Positions 53,401 to 62,952 of a DNA stretch of 64,000 nt are shown one piece after another. Under the pieces are notes generated by a model. It did no database searches. It was given only the letters and a program-made list of their open reading frames with translations, and had not been told where the DNA came from. Made by a program: the position numbers and the translations under genes. Every line of letters starts with the position of its first letter. The stretch's first letter is position 1. This stretch comes from a virus: the IMG/VR virus record IMGVR_UViG_3300027763_000036, positions 1 through 64,000 of that record; one strand, given 5' to 3'.

Positions 53401-55892
53401 GAACATATGCGGCTGGTGTTTTACAACCAGGTAACCAAGAAGATAACACATTAATTAATCTTGGTAAAGCTGTATCTGCTTCATTAGGTGGAGGTATGGC
53501 GTTTGACAATGAAACAAGATTTAATAGTTTTATAGCTAATATTGCTAGTCATTATGTTGGATTAAAATATAATGTACAAAATCAATATGGACAATTAGAA
53601 AGTATTAAACAAGTTGTTGCTACATCATGTGAAGTTAGATTTGATAAAAATAGTATTTATGATCCAGCAACAAATCCTGATGGAGATGTTTCAATTGTAA
53701 CAACATCAGCTTTTTGTGGTCCAACTACTAGTCCTACACAAGTTCAACATACTATATTATTACCAACACAACCAATCTTTGGTGGAGATACTTATATAAA
53801 CAGATTTACAGAAAAGAATACAATGCTATTCTTTTACAATTGGTTATATAATCTTCCTGATGGCACTCCTTGGAATTATGCTTTATATAATAATATTCCA
53901 ACAGCAAGATACTGGATGAACTCTCAACCATATTCTAAAGATGAGAATGTATTATTTGGAGGAGGTATTAACCCTTTATCTATAATTCAAGGATTATTTA
54001 ATAGTAATCCAAACTTTGGTACAGGACCAACTCCTAGAGGTTATTATAATTTAGATAATGATAATTATGATAGACAAACCGATCAAGAAACTGGAGCAGG
54101 TTCCTTCCCTAGAGGTTATGATGGATTCATGTCTGTTAAAAATTCTTATTTCTATCTAGCTAATTCAGGTGTTAGAGATTTCTTTGTAGAGAGTAATGTA
54201 CTTGTAGATTTTAGATCTCAAGGAACTTTCCAATATGAACAGCCATATATACCATATCAGTATACAGATATGCGGCAGTTATTTGATATGAATCCAGAAG
54301 TAATTACTAAAGGTAACTTCTATAACTATGATTACTCATTAAGTGTTACTAAGTTCTTTACACAATATCTTTCTGCAGGATCTTTACAAGGATTAACATA
54401 TAATCCTTATGTAGCTGAATTATGTTTTACATATTATCCTAACAGAGCATTATATTCGTTATATCAAGATGATGAATCATATGACAATAACTGGTTAATT
54501 TATTTACCATTAAACTATGTACAGTTTAATGATAGAATAACTACAGTTAAACCTGTAGGGATGAGTGGTATGTTATTTACATTTCCAACTACGGGTCCTT
54601 TATTCTATCAAGGTGTGGATCAATTAACTACAAACTTGGGTAAAAAAGTTACTATAGGTGACGGAGGTTTATTTTCTAACCCGCCTTCATCAGCAGCTAA
54701 TTCAGATGCTCCATTTGAATATGGTTCATCACAAAATATTAGATCAGTAATTTATTCTCCCGCAGGACTTTACTATGTATCAATGAATCAAGGAAAGATA
54801 TTTTCATATGGAGAAGGAATTAAAGAAATATCTCAGAATGGTCTTAAGTGGTGGTTTACATTATTTTTACCATATAAGCTTACAGAGGACTTCCCAGATT
54901 TTCCACATATAGATAATCCAGTAGCTGGTATTGGTATACAATCAATGTATGATAGCAGAAACTCATTATTATATTTTAGCAAAAAAGATTATCAGTTAAA
55001 ACCTAACTTAGGTAAAGTAATATATAGTCCTACTATTAACAGATTTATTTATTCTGGTGTTAAATATCAACTAGGAGATCCAGCAATATTTGATGATGCA
55101 TCTTGGACAGTAAGTTATGATCCTAAGATGAATGTGTTTATTAGTTATCATGACTGGCATCCTGATTTAGCTTTCTCATCTAAAGAAACTGTATTTACTG
55201 TAAAGAATAATACTATCTGGAAACACAATGACACATGTACAGATTTTAATAACTATTATGGTATTCAATATCCTTTTGAGATAGAGTATCCTATAAATAC
55301 TGGTCAATCACCTACAGTTATTAAATCATTTGAATATATTCTTGAGGCTTACAGATATTCTCATCTTAATTGTGTAGATCAGTTCCATGTTCTAGATGCA
55401 AACTTTAATCAAGCTGTGGTATCTAACACAGAACAAGTATCTGGATATTTAAACTTAAATATATTCCCTAAGAACAACATTACTCTTTCACTTGATTATC
55501 CAAAACTAAATCAATCTAACTTATCTTCATTTGATATTTTATTCTCAAAAGAAGAAAACAAATATAGATTCAACCAGTTCTGGGATATTACAAAAGATAG
55601 AGGAGAGTTTCCAATAGGATCAGATTATCCTCCAACAGGACAACTTATTCCTGGAACTACACAGTTATTAGGTAACTATGCAGATCAAGTTATTTGGAAT
55701 ACACAACCTAACGGTTATATCAAAACTTTAAATGCAAATAACTTGAATTACAATAAACCTGAAATGCAAAGAAAAAGATTTAGACATTATCTTAATTATC
55801 TATTCTTGTCAAAACTTGCAACACCAGAAGAAAGAGATATTAACTTTATCCTTAAGATAATAAATAGTAAGAATCAAGCATCATATAGATAA
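50400..55892 (+). CDS. Tail stabilisation (muzzle-like) protein
   Basis: 1830 aa; FSKGLNKD N-terminus, RDEVYSF, IRHHKFP, WTVSY...SYHDW; crAss-like synteny. Confidence 0.75.
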   Translation: MGKEIQNTSQTVTNSFSKGLNKDTDPSFVESGLWTHARNMVNNTDEGNLGTLTNEDSNYLCGTSGETMQGEKDIIGLIHLFADKWVVFTVANVNGKPVNSEIGLYEEDFCRYRPIVSAPCLNFSNLHLITGGSRQKGDCRWEVYWVDGNNVDRYMDVGDPKTWPDPNFVWGGSDQSVAGANYNYYLDNNGNTVLWPITAWEQKCLPTNCHICFDTNQLDCDKIRLASLVKTPCVELSIAPGTGTLENGTYFAIVAYTINTQKVTNYFSPSNLQPVYTERNLSQGSLQLNLDLDTDNFQQFELVIVASINENVIAKKIGYYSTSQTTILLDDIPLTLETIPLSLITIQNPVYETSDQMVNVNQYLLRIAPKSKFDFNYQPLANLINTEWVSVEYPEDYYIKGGSKTGYLRDEVYSFFIRWVYNTGDKSASYHIPGRAAEPYTFVAPNGTTQTLLDTASYTDINSFADDIRLWQTINTATQTGVFLINNPILPDGGKVLAFGKMGYWESTELYPPNQPEVWNSSSQCWTGTTNPNYDLCGTPIRHHKFPDNALSSETYHFRVDNANFVANPSDGKKYIRIMSVRFNGIIYPKDNDGNPIPGIVGYEILRGSREGNQSIVAKGMINNFRDYEIQGQSKGNRKGLYANYPFNCSIPLGNTLTPTDHDYRFNDPFIKPVTINSQGNETFVNQFIPENLLTFTSPDTSFRNPFLNQTELKIYGSLEGNSTHAFVVPNKHPENKLMSDEAFYISVIVGLGNALLNLLGKQEMHTQATPDFQAPYQKYPQWNIAAGPTGGTTGATFDLDAFTVNAASSTYNNYVTQMQNYFTLGGQLNAALTGALTLQDIYDTTSQTYANIGLSTPQVIVTDYTAATVFNNLGLNPVVTGAINVAIQIPYYFAEGFNTTLRVIQAFLPFRQYALQSLAHGFYARFVPPVNSFLKRFSLKDGFYLTDSNQEVPDYLNGLGGFERYSINNLNRTKTVFLRTAAPNNLNPLTAPVIGPRLVGTYAAGVLQPGNQEDNTLINLGKAVSASLGGGMAFDNETRFNSFIANIASHYVGLKYNVQNQYGQLESIKQVVATSCEVRFDKNSIYDPATNPDGDVSIVTTSAFCGPTTSPTQVQHTILLPTQPIFGGDTYINRFTEKNTMLFFYNWLYNLPDGTPWNYALYNNIPTARYWMNSQPYSKDENVLFGGGINPLSIIQGLFNSNPNFGTGPTPRGYYNLDNDNYDRQTDQETGAGSFPRGYDGFMSVKNSYFYLANSGVRDFFVESNVLVDFRSQGTFQYEQPYIPYQYTDMRQLFDMNPEVITKGNFYNYDYSLSVTKFFTQYLSAGSLQGLTYNPYVAELCFTYYPNRALYSLYQDDESYDNNWLIYLPLNYVQFNDRITTVKPVGMSGMLFTFPTTGPLFYQGVDQLTTNLGKKVTIGDGGLFSNPPSSAANSDAPFEYGSSQNIRSVIYSPAGLYYVSMNQGKIFSYGEGIKEISQNGLKWWFTLFLPYKLTEDFPDFPHIDNPVAGIGIQSMYDSRNSLLYFSKKDYQLKPNLGKVIYSPTINRFIYSGVKYQLGDPAIFDDASWTVSYDPKMNVFISYHDWHPDLAFSSKETVFTVKNNTIWKHNDTCTDFNNYYGIQYPFEIEYPINTGQSPTVIKSFEYILEAYRYSHLNCVDQFHVLDANFNQAVVSNTEQVSGYLNLNIFPKNNITLSLDYPKLNQSNLSSFDILFSKEENKYRFNQFWDITKDRGEFPIGSDYPPTGQLIPGTTQLLGNYADQVIWNTQPNGYIKTLNANNLNYNKPEMQRKRFRHYLNYLFLSKLATPEERDINFILKIINSKNQASYR

Positions 55893-58800
55893 TGAAAAAA
55901 TCTTTTAAAAAATATGAAGTGGCAGGTTTACCTGGAGGACCAAATGAATTAAAAAGATTCACTAACGGATTTATTATATCTGAGAGAGGTCAATGGGATT
56001 ATCCCGGACAACCTACAGCAGTACCAACTCCTTCTGGTAGAATTACTACTGAAGGAGTAGAAGATGATCTAGTGGGTATTGATAATTTAGGTAACACACA
56101 ATACATGTCTCCTGATAATGAATATCAGTTTGAAGGAGATATGGTATATGAAATACCACAAGCAAAAAAAGGAGGAAGCAAGAAACCATCTAAAAAGTTC
56201 TCAAAAAGTCTGATGGCTAAGAATAGATTATTTGCAAAAAATCCTTTACTTAAAAAATCAAAGTCTGTTAAGAATAAAATCTTTGATCCTTATTCCCCAT
56301 ACTTTCAACCAGGAGGAGAAACTTATAATCAGTTACCTTCAAGATACGGAGATGCTTTAAAAAACTTTGTGTATCCTGAAGTAGTTGATTCATCTGAAGA
56401 AACAGGTTATGATGCAGCATTAGGGGTTATTAAACAAAATCCAAATGACCCTATTGCAAATGTAAATAATCCTTGGTGGTATGAACATGAGTTAATGCAT
56501 CATTTACAAAATCAAGCTGGAGGAATGAGTACATATGGCGCAGTTGGTTTAAGACCAAATCCTTATGTAGCTTCAGATGAAGCAATAGGTTCTTACTATG
56601 ATAGAAGAGGGTCAGAATTTGAAACAGAATTAAATAGAATTTTAGAAGAAAATCCAGATATATTAGAAGAAGAAGCATATGCAAGAGCTGAAGAAGATTT
56701 ATATAACAATCCAACAACTACAGAAGGTGAAGCAAGAAACTATGAAGGATACATAGAAGCTGGTAATCCATCTATCTTCCCAAAAAAACAACAAGATGGC
56801 GGAATAATTTTAGATCTTACAGAAGATCGAATAGAAGAATATAGAAAAGGTGGATACATAGTAGAAGAAATAAATGATTATAAAAAAGGTGGTGCATTAC
56901 TTACTAAGAAAGTAACATGTAAAAAATGTGGTTGGACATGGGATGCTGCAGATGGTGGTAATGATCTTACTACTTGTCATAAATGTGGTGGTCAAGGATT
57001 AATACATGCACAAACTGGAGGATATATAAATGACATTTCTATACCTACATTAACTAGAATGCAACCTGGTGGACCAGTTCCTGAATCTACATATACTCCA
57101 ATTGATCCAAACTTCTTATCTGCAAATCCTGATACATATTCTCAAATTGTAAATAAACCTGAAGTTACATCAGAAAGACAAGCTTCAGATATTGGTAAAT
57201 TAAGAGCAGAGTATCGTGATAAAAATTCAATGGATAAATTTTTAGATGAAAAGAAAAGACAATATTTAAAAAAGAATAAGGGATTAAATAAAGCTGCTGG
57301 AGTTACTATGGAAAATTTTCCAGAAGATGTTCTTCAAAACTTTACAAATGAGTATAATTATAAAACAAATAATTATGCTGTAAATAAACTTGGTAAGAAA
57401 GAAGGATGGAATCCTAAAAGAAGAGGTGAGTGGGTGGATGAATTAACACCGGGAGAAAAAGATGCTGTTGCTGAATCTAAATATGGATCTAAACTACAAC
57501 CTAGTTATTGGTCAAGATCATTAGCTGGTGTACAAGAACTTGGTAATGCAGCAATTAAATTATTACCGGGAAAACAAGGTGATGTCTTAAAATATAATAT
57601 CCCAGGACTTACTAAAAAGGAACAAAAAGAAATAGCAGAATCAAAAATAGGAGCTCTTGAAACTTTAGCTCCAATGGATATACCAGGAGCAGCAATAGCT
57701 AATTTAGTTAAGAATACTGGATTATCTACAGGATCAGATTACAAAGAACAGGCTAATGCTTTAGCAGGAGAAAAAATGGCTAATGTATCTGATACAGAAG
57801 CAATGGCATTTAATCCATTAACTTATGCAGGATTAGAGTCTTTACCTGAACTTGGAGTAAACTTAGCAAGAGGTATTGGTAAAGGTGCAAGCAAGCTTGA
57901 AAGGTTTGTTAAAAATGCAAGGGATATGGAGAAAATATCTAAAGCATATAGTCCCAATCTTACAAAAATGGGCTTCTCATTCTCATCATCTAAACCAGCA
58001 GTTGATTTTGTAGGACCAATGAGAGCACCAGCACATGCTGTTAGTGATGTTCTATCAGGTTTGAAAAATAGAGGGACAAAATGGGATAAAGTTGGTGCAA
58101 AAGGAGAAGAACTTTTACATCCTGATATGATTAATTATCATGGAACATATGCTGGAAGACCAATTGTTGAAGTAAGAATGCCAGATGGTACACCAGAGTT
58201 TTTTTATAAATCTTCTGGATGGGCTGGAAAAGAAGGTGCTGGTTTAAAAGGAACTACAGAAGGACAATGGCAAGTATTTGGAGGATTTAGTGACGTACCA
58301 AATACTAAAGATTGGTTTATTAAAGATGCAGGTTATAAAGATTATTATGGTAGTAACACATTTAAAGGTATGGCTGAAAATCTTGATAATGCTTTAATAC
58401 AAAAGCTTGGTTTTCAAAATACTGATGAATTGGATAATGCAATTAATTTTCAAAATAGATTTGGAAATGTAGATTCATACACACCAATAAGAAAATATGG
58501 TGGTACAGCCGCTAAATATGGATACTCTGTTGGAAATCTTATAAGAAAAGATAAAGGGGGTGCTGTTAGTGGTACTCAAGGTTTAACAGCTGATTTCTCA
58601 CAGAGACTTACTCAAATGATTCTAGATGCTAGATCACAAGGTATAGACTTAGGTGTTGGTTCAGGATATAGATCATATGAAAAACAAAAGAGACTTTGGG
58701 AACAAGCTCTTAAGAAATATGGATCTCCTGAGAAAGCAAGAAAATGGGTAGCTCCTCCGGGAGGGTCATTTCATAATAAAGGTCTTGCAGTTGATTTACA

Positions 58801-59296
58801 TTCAAGTGGAAATGCATTAGGTAAAGAAAAAAATGCCAAAGCCACAGAATGGGCACATGCTAATGCTAAGAAGTATGGTTTACATTTTAGAATGGGGCAT
58901 GAGCCTTGGCACATTGAACCTATAGAGAAAACTAAATCAAGTTCTGAGAAAGAAAATGAACATGATCATTCAGATCAAGAAGAGTATGAGCAAATGATTG
59001 CAGATAAAAATATGGAGTTTGAGTTAAAACAAAAAGAATTAGCAGAAAGAGAAAGAAAGTTACATGATGATGATTATAGTAATTGGGAACCTGCTAAAAA
59101 AGAAGTTGTAGATCCAAGACAAGAAATGTTAGATGATTATGCAAAGGTGATTGCTCCAAGCAATCAAAACCTTTTTGAACTCTATACAGCTAATCTTCAA
59201 GGTCAAATGAAAAAGGGAGGATTTATTATGGAATTAACTGATAAAGAAATTGAAAGATATAGAAAAGGAGGATTTATTATAGAAGAACTTGATTAA
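55892..59296 (+). CDS. Modular virion cargo protein with HEXXH, Zn-ribbon and M15 (VanY-like) peptidase domains
   Basis: HELMH; CKKC...CHKC; SGYRS...SFHNKGLAVD...EPWH; multiple xxxGG linkers. Confidence 0.8.
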   Translation: MKKSFKKYEVAGLPGGPNELKRFTNGFIISERGQWDYPGQPTAVPTPSGRITTEGVEDDLVGIDNLGNTQYMSPDNEYQFEGDMVYEIPQAKKGGSKKPSKKFSKSLMAKNRLFAKNPLLKKSKSVKNKIFDPYSPYFQPGGETYNQLPSRYGDALKNFVYPEVVDSSEETGYDAALGVIKQNPNDPIANVNNPWWYEHELMHHLQNQAGGMSTYGAVGLRPNPYVASDEAIGSYYDRRGSEFETELNRILEENPDILEEEAYARAEEDLYNNPTTTEGEARNYEGYIEAGNPSIFPKKQQDGGIILDLTEDRIEEYRKGGYIVEEINDYKKGGALLTKKVTCKKCGWTWDAADGGNDLTTCHKCGGQGLIHAQTGGYINDISIPTLTRMQPGGPVPESTYTPIDPNFLSANPDTYSQIVNKPEVTSERQASDIGKLRAEYRDKNSMDKFLDEKKRQYLKKNKGLNKAAGVTMENFPEDVLQNFTNEYNYKTNNYAVNKLGKKEGWNPKRRGEWVDELTPGEKDAVAESKYGSKLQPSYWSRSLAGVQELGNAAIKLLPGKQGDVLKYNIPGLTKKEQKEIAESKIGALETLAPMDIPGAAIANLVKNTGLSTGSDYKEQANALAGEKMANVSDTEAMAFNPLTYAGLESLPELGVNLARGIGKGASKLERFVKNARDMEKISKAYSPNLTKMGFSFSSSKPAVDFVGPMRAPAHAVSDVLSGLKNRGTKWDKVGAKGEELLHPDMINYHGTYAGRPIVEVRMPDGTPEFFYKSSGWAGKEGAGLKGTTEGQWQVFGGFSDVPNTKDWFIKDAGYKDYYGSNTFKGMAENLDNALIQKLGFQNTDELDNAINFQNRFGNVDSYTPIRKYGGTAAKYGYSVGNLIRKDKGGAVSGTQGLTADFSQRLTQMILDARSQGIDLGVGSGYRSYEKQKRLWEQALKKYGSPEKARKWVAPPGGSFHNKGLAVDLHSSGNALGKEKNAKATEWAHANAKKYGLHFRMGHEPWHIEPIEKTKSSSEKENEHDHSDQEEYEQMIADKNMEFELKQKELAERERKLHDDDYSNWEPAKKEVVDPRQEMLDDYAKVIAPSNQNLFELYTANLQGQMKKGGFIMELTDKEIERYRKGGFIIEELD

Positions 59297-59355
59297 ACTT
59301 ATTAAGTTTAAACACTATGTTTTTATTTATTATATTTATATTATAGCGCGTTATA

Positions 59356-62300
59356 ATGAAAAGAAAAGTAAGAATTTATAAAGACCCATTTGGGCAAGGT
59401 GGTTATATAAACAAGACTGCTCAGTGGTTAAGAAAAGCACAAGAAGGTGCTGAAACAGGGATGACTCCTGTAACTGCTGGTATCATGCAACAAATGCAAC
59501 CTGCTCAACAGCAAATGATGCAACAGCAACAACCACAACAAGATCCACAAGAACAAATCTTACAAGTTGTAGTTGCATTAGCTCAACAAGGAAAAGGAGA
59601 AGATGAGATTAAAGATTACTTGTTAACTAATGTTTATGGTTTTGAGGAAGGGTCTCAAGAGTATGCTGCATATGAGCCACAAATATTAGACTTTGTATCT
59701 GCTGTGTTTGAAAGATCTGCACCAGAGGAAGAAGAACAAGCAGTAACAAATGAACCTATAGAAGATATTGTTGCAGATACAAGTGTTGAAGATACATCAG
59801 AAGAAGATGGTAACTATGATCAAATGATCAATGACATTATTTATGATGATGAGGATCAAGAAGCTAGATATGGAGGTGTTCCAAATAAAAGATCTTATGT
59901 CAACAAATTAATAAGACAACTTAAGAAAGCTCAGAAAGGGGATCAAGTAGAAGAAGCTAACACAGCTAATGTAAGAGGAACTGAAGATAACCCTACAAGT
60001 GATGCTCCTGGAAATAAAAATCCATTTATCTCAGGAGTAAAAGGACAAGCTGAGAATCATTTCTATAAACAACAAGCGGAGCAAATGTATAACAATCAGT
60101 TTGGTCAAGGTATGCCTCAAGCAGGTATGTCTCAACCACAAGATGATATGGATTATGCTCAACGCGGAGGTTGGAGAATGAGAAGAGCTAATAGAAAAAT
60201 GTTTGGTACTCCAAATTTACCAATGGGAGTTACATCATCTAAATATTCTTTTGGTCCATTGGGTGGAGTTAGATCTGCAGAGATGCAGTTTAATCCACTT
60301 ATGATGGCTTCTATGTTTCCTATGATGACATTCCCAGGAATGGGAGGAAGTTCATCATGGGGATATAATGAACCTTACAGAAAAACTACAAAAGGAAGAC
60401 TTGTTACTGAAAAGATTGCAAGTACTGTAAATAATAAATCTATAGAAGATGTAGCTAATGATACTGATTCTGATGCAGCTAATAAATCTGCAGAACCAAA
60501 AAAAGATACTGCAATTCCAAATGCAGATGGGACAGTTACAGTAGATACTAGTGGAGAAGGTGCTTCTAGCACTACTCCAGGAACAACTCCAAATACTGGT
60601 GGCGGTACTGGGCCAGTTCCTATTGACGGTGCAAGACAAGCCATGGAGCTTAGAAATAAGAAAGATAAATGGGGTAGATCGCGAGCTGATAAATGGTATG
60701 GTTTTGATCCAGCTACAAAAAAATGGACACTTACTGCTGCACCAGACTGGTATAAAGAACCATCTAAGAAAAGTAGATGGAGTAATGTTACTATGAAAAA
60801 AGATTCTTGGGGAAGAAATGAAGATAGCAAGTGGTATGGTTATGATTCTAAAAAGAAAAAATATACTGAGGGTCCAAATAAAGGAAAAACAACAACACAA
60901 GTAAAAAATAAACTAGAAGATCAAAAAAATAAAGAGCTTATTAAAAAATTTCCAAAACTAAAAGAGCAAATAGAATATGACTCATGGTATAAAAATGCTA
61001 GTGGTACTGATAGAGTATTAGGATTATTAGGTTTTGGTCCAAGTGATCCAAGTTTTCGTGGTGGTTTTACAGATGATGATGCTCTATCATATGTAACACC
61101 AATGGGAATTAAAGGAGCAACTGAAGCATTTAAATTAACTCCCGCAGCAGAAAGAATTTTAAGGGGTGAAAGATTAAATATTGGTTCAGGAATGGCTGCT
61201 AGTTTTAGAGATCCTAAAGCCCAACAAGCTGCAAATGCTATTTATAAAAACTTTTACAAGTCAGTTAGATCTGCACCAAAAGGTTTACCAGAACCTCCTC
61301 CAGGAACACAATTAAAATTTAATTTTGCAGCCGGTGGATTTGTAAATAATCCTATGCAAGATCAATTTGGAAATCTTCAGAAGTTTATATATGGTGATCA
61401 GGTAGATGATCAAATGCTGGAAAATTTATATCAACCACCAATTAATCAATCTGACTTAGACTACTCTGATTCTGAAGATCCATCAGATCCATACTTTAAA
61501 AAACATGGTGGTCTTCACAGATTTGATGGAACTACTAATAGTCAAACTAATCCTACAAATGCTCCAAAAACATATACTCAAGAAGAGTTAGACAAGATGC
61601 TTGCTGAAAAACAAAAGTCTTGGGAAACTGATTATCAAAAAAAATATAATCAGCAGATGCAAGGTCAACAACAAATGATGCAAGGGTTTGGTGGTTATGG
61701 TGCAGCAGGTTATAATCCTTATGATAGTTATTCTGCTTGGAGTTCAAGAGGTAACTATGGAGGATTTGGTCCTATGGCAAGTACTGGTCTTTTAGGAGCT
61801 GCTGGTAATTTAATTAAAGGTTTTGGTAGAGGTCCAAGTACATATGGTCCTGCAGGAAATCCATTGCAATATGCAGCTACTGCTGCCCAAATTACCAAGT
61901 CAGGAATGCTACCTACAGGAATGAAATACTCTAAAGAAAAAGCAGAAGGTTTCCTTGGTAAATTAGGATTGAAGAATGATAAAGTTTGGACTCTTGATTA
62001 TGCTACACCAGAACAAATAAAAGCTGGTGCAATACCTGGTGCACAAGGAACTGCACCTGGTACTAATCAAAATACTTCAAACATGTCCGGTAGAGATAGA
62101 AGAATTAATAGAAGAGATGAGAGATTAAATAGAAATACTCCTGCTGAAGCTGATGCTTATCAATTTACAGGTACTCTTACCGGATCTCCAGTAACATATG
62201 CAAAAGAGCCTTTATCTAATGAAGAGATGTTAAAGTCTCAAGGAAAAATGTGGGATGAAAAACAACAGAAATGGGTTACTGGTTCTGCACCAACAAAAAA

Positions 62301-62946
62301 TACTGAGATGGCATATGGTGGATTTATTCCAGATTATATGGCTTATGGTGGAGACTTGCCTACTGCTGATAATGGAATTAATTTTTCTACCGTGTCTTAT
62401 GAGGGTAATCCAGTTATAGGTGTTGAAGAAAGTCCAACATGGGGAGCAATGCAATATTTCAATCAAAATCAGAATATTAAAAATCCTGATGCTGATAAGT
62501 TTAAAAATTATACCATAGAACCAGAAGGTGAAGATTTAACAGATTGTACATATGAACAAAAACTAGATCCAACAAGTAAGTGTTATGAACCTCAAACTGC
62601 TCAGTTAAAAATTAAAGAGGAAAAGGGCAAAATGGATCCTACTAAACTTTCTAGAGGTGTGTTAGATTTTGGAGCTAATCTTGCAGATGCTCAAGATTAT
62701 ATGACTGAAAGAAGAACTAAGTATATTCCTGGAATGACAGAGTTTGCAATGGGTGAAAAACAAGATGCAGAAGAAAGAATAAATAAAGGTGAGTGGAATG
62801 CAAGAACTGGTAAAGAAGGTATACAAGGTTTTGAAGGTGTAATAAGAAAGGGTGGTTCTATTAAAAGTAAAAAATCAAAAGCTAGTGGTCATAAAATAAA
62901 CATAAGTGACTTTCAAGATTTAATGAGATTGGCTGGTTTAAAATAA
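59356..62946 (+). CDS. Large low-complexity virion cargo protein with GG motifs
   Basis: 1196 aa, Q/G-rich; ARYGG, AQRGG, FAAGG, MAYGG twice. Confidence 0.75.
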   Translation: MKRKVRIYKDPFGQGGYINKTAQWLRKAQEGAETGMTPVTAGIMQQMQPAQQQMMQQQQPQQDPQEQILQVVVALAQQGKGEDEIKDYLLTNVYGFEEGSQEYAAYEPQILDFVSAVFERSAPEEEEQAVTNEPIEDIVADTSVEDTSEEDGNYDQMINDIIYDDEDQEARYGGVPNKRSYVNKLIRQLKKAQKGDQVEEANTANVRGTEDNPTSDAPGNKNPFISGVKGQAENHFYKQQAEQMYNNQFGQGMPQAGMSQPQDDMDYAQRGGWRMRRANRKMFGTPNLPMGVTSSKYSFGPLGGVRSAEMQFNPLMMASMFPMMTFPGMGGSSSWGYNEPYRKTTKGRLVTEKIASTVNNKSIEDVANDTDSDAANKSAEPKKDTAIPNADGTVTVDTSGEGASSTTPGTTPNTGGGTGPVPIDGARQAMELRNKKDKWGRSRADKWYGFDPATKKWTLTAAPDWYKEPSKKSRWSNVTMKKDSWGRNEDSKWYGYDSKKKKYTEGPNKGKTTTQVKNKLEDQKNKELIKKFPKLKEQIEYDSWYKNASGTDRVLGLLGFGPSDPSFRGGFTDDDALSYVTPMGIKGATEAFKLTPAAERILRGERLNIGSGMAASFRDPKAQQAANAIYKNFYKSVRSAPKGLPEPPPGTQLKFNFAAGGFVNNPMQDQFGNLQKFIYGDQVDDQMLENLYQPPINQSDLDYSDSEDPSDPYFKKHGGLHRFDGTTNSQTNPTNAPKTYTQEELDKMLAEKQKSWETDYQKKYNQQMQGQQQMMQGFGGYGAAGYNPYDSYSAWSSRGNYGGFGPMASTGLLGAAGNLIKGFGRGPSTYGPAGNPLQYAATAAQITKSGMLPTGMKYSKEKAEGFLGKLGLKNDKVWTLDYATPEQIKAGAIPGAQGTAPGTNQNTSNMSGRDRRINRRDERLNRNTPAEADAYQFTGTLTGSPVTYAKEPLSNEEMLKSQGKMWDEKQQKWVTGSAPTKNTEMAYGGFIPDYMAYGGDLPTADNGINFSTVSYEGNPVIGVEESPTWGAMQYFNQNQNIKNPDADKFKNYTIEPEGEDLTDCTYEQKLDPTSKCYEPQTAQLKIKEEKGKMDPTKLSRGVLDFGANLADAQDYMTERRTKYIPGMTEFAMGEKQDAEERINKGEWNARTGKEGIQGFEGVIRKGGSIKSKKSKASGHKINISDFQDLMRLAGLK

Positions 62947-62952
62947 AGAAAG

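Noticed and set aside
16764-62466. Antisense and alternate-frame ORFs in the track (e.g. 16764, 19737, 22217, 25194, 26948, 33375, 33446, 36488, 37236, 42318, 60355, 60375)
   Set aside because: They are nested in or largely overlap longer genes with coherent products, and are explained as shadows of codon bias or low complexity.
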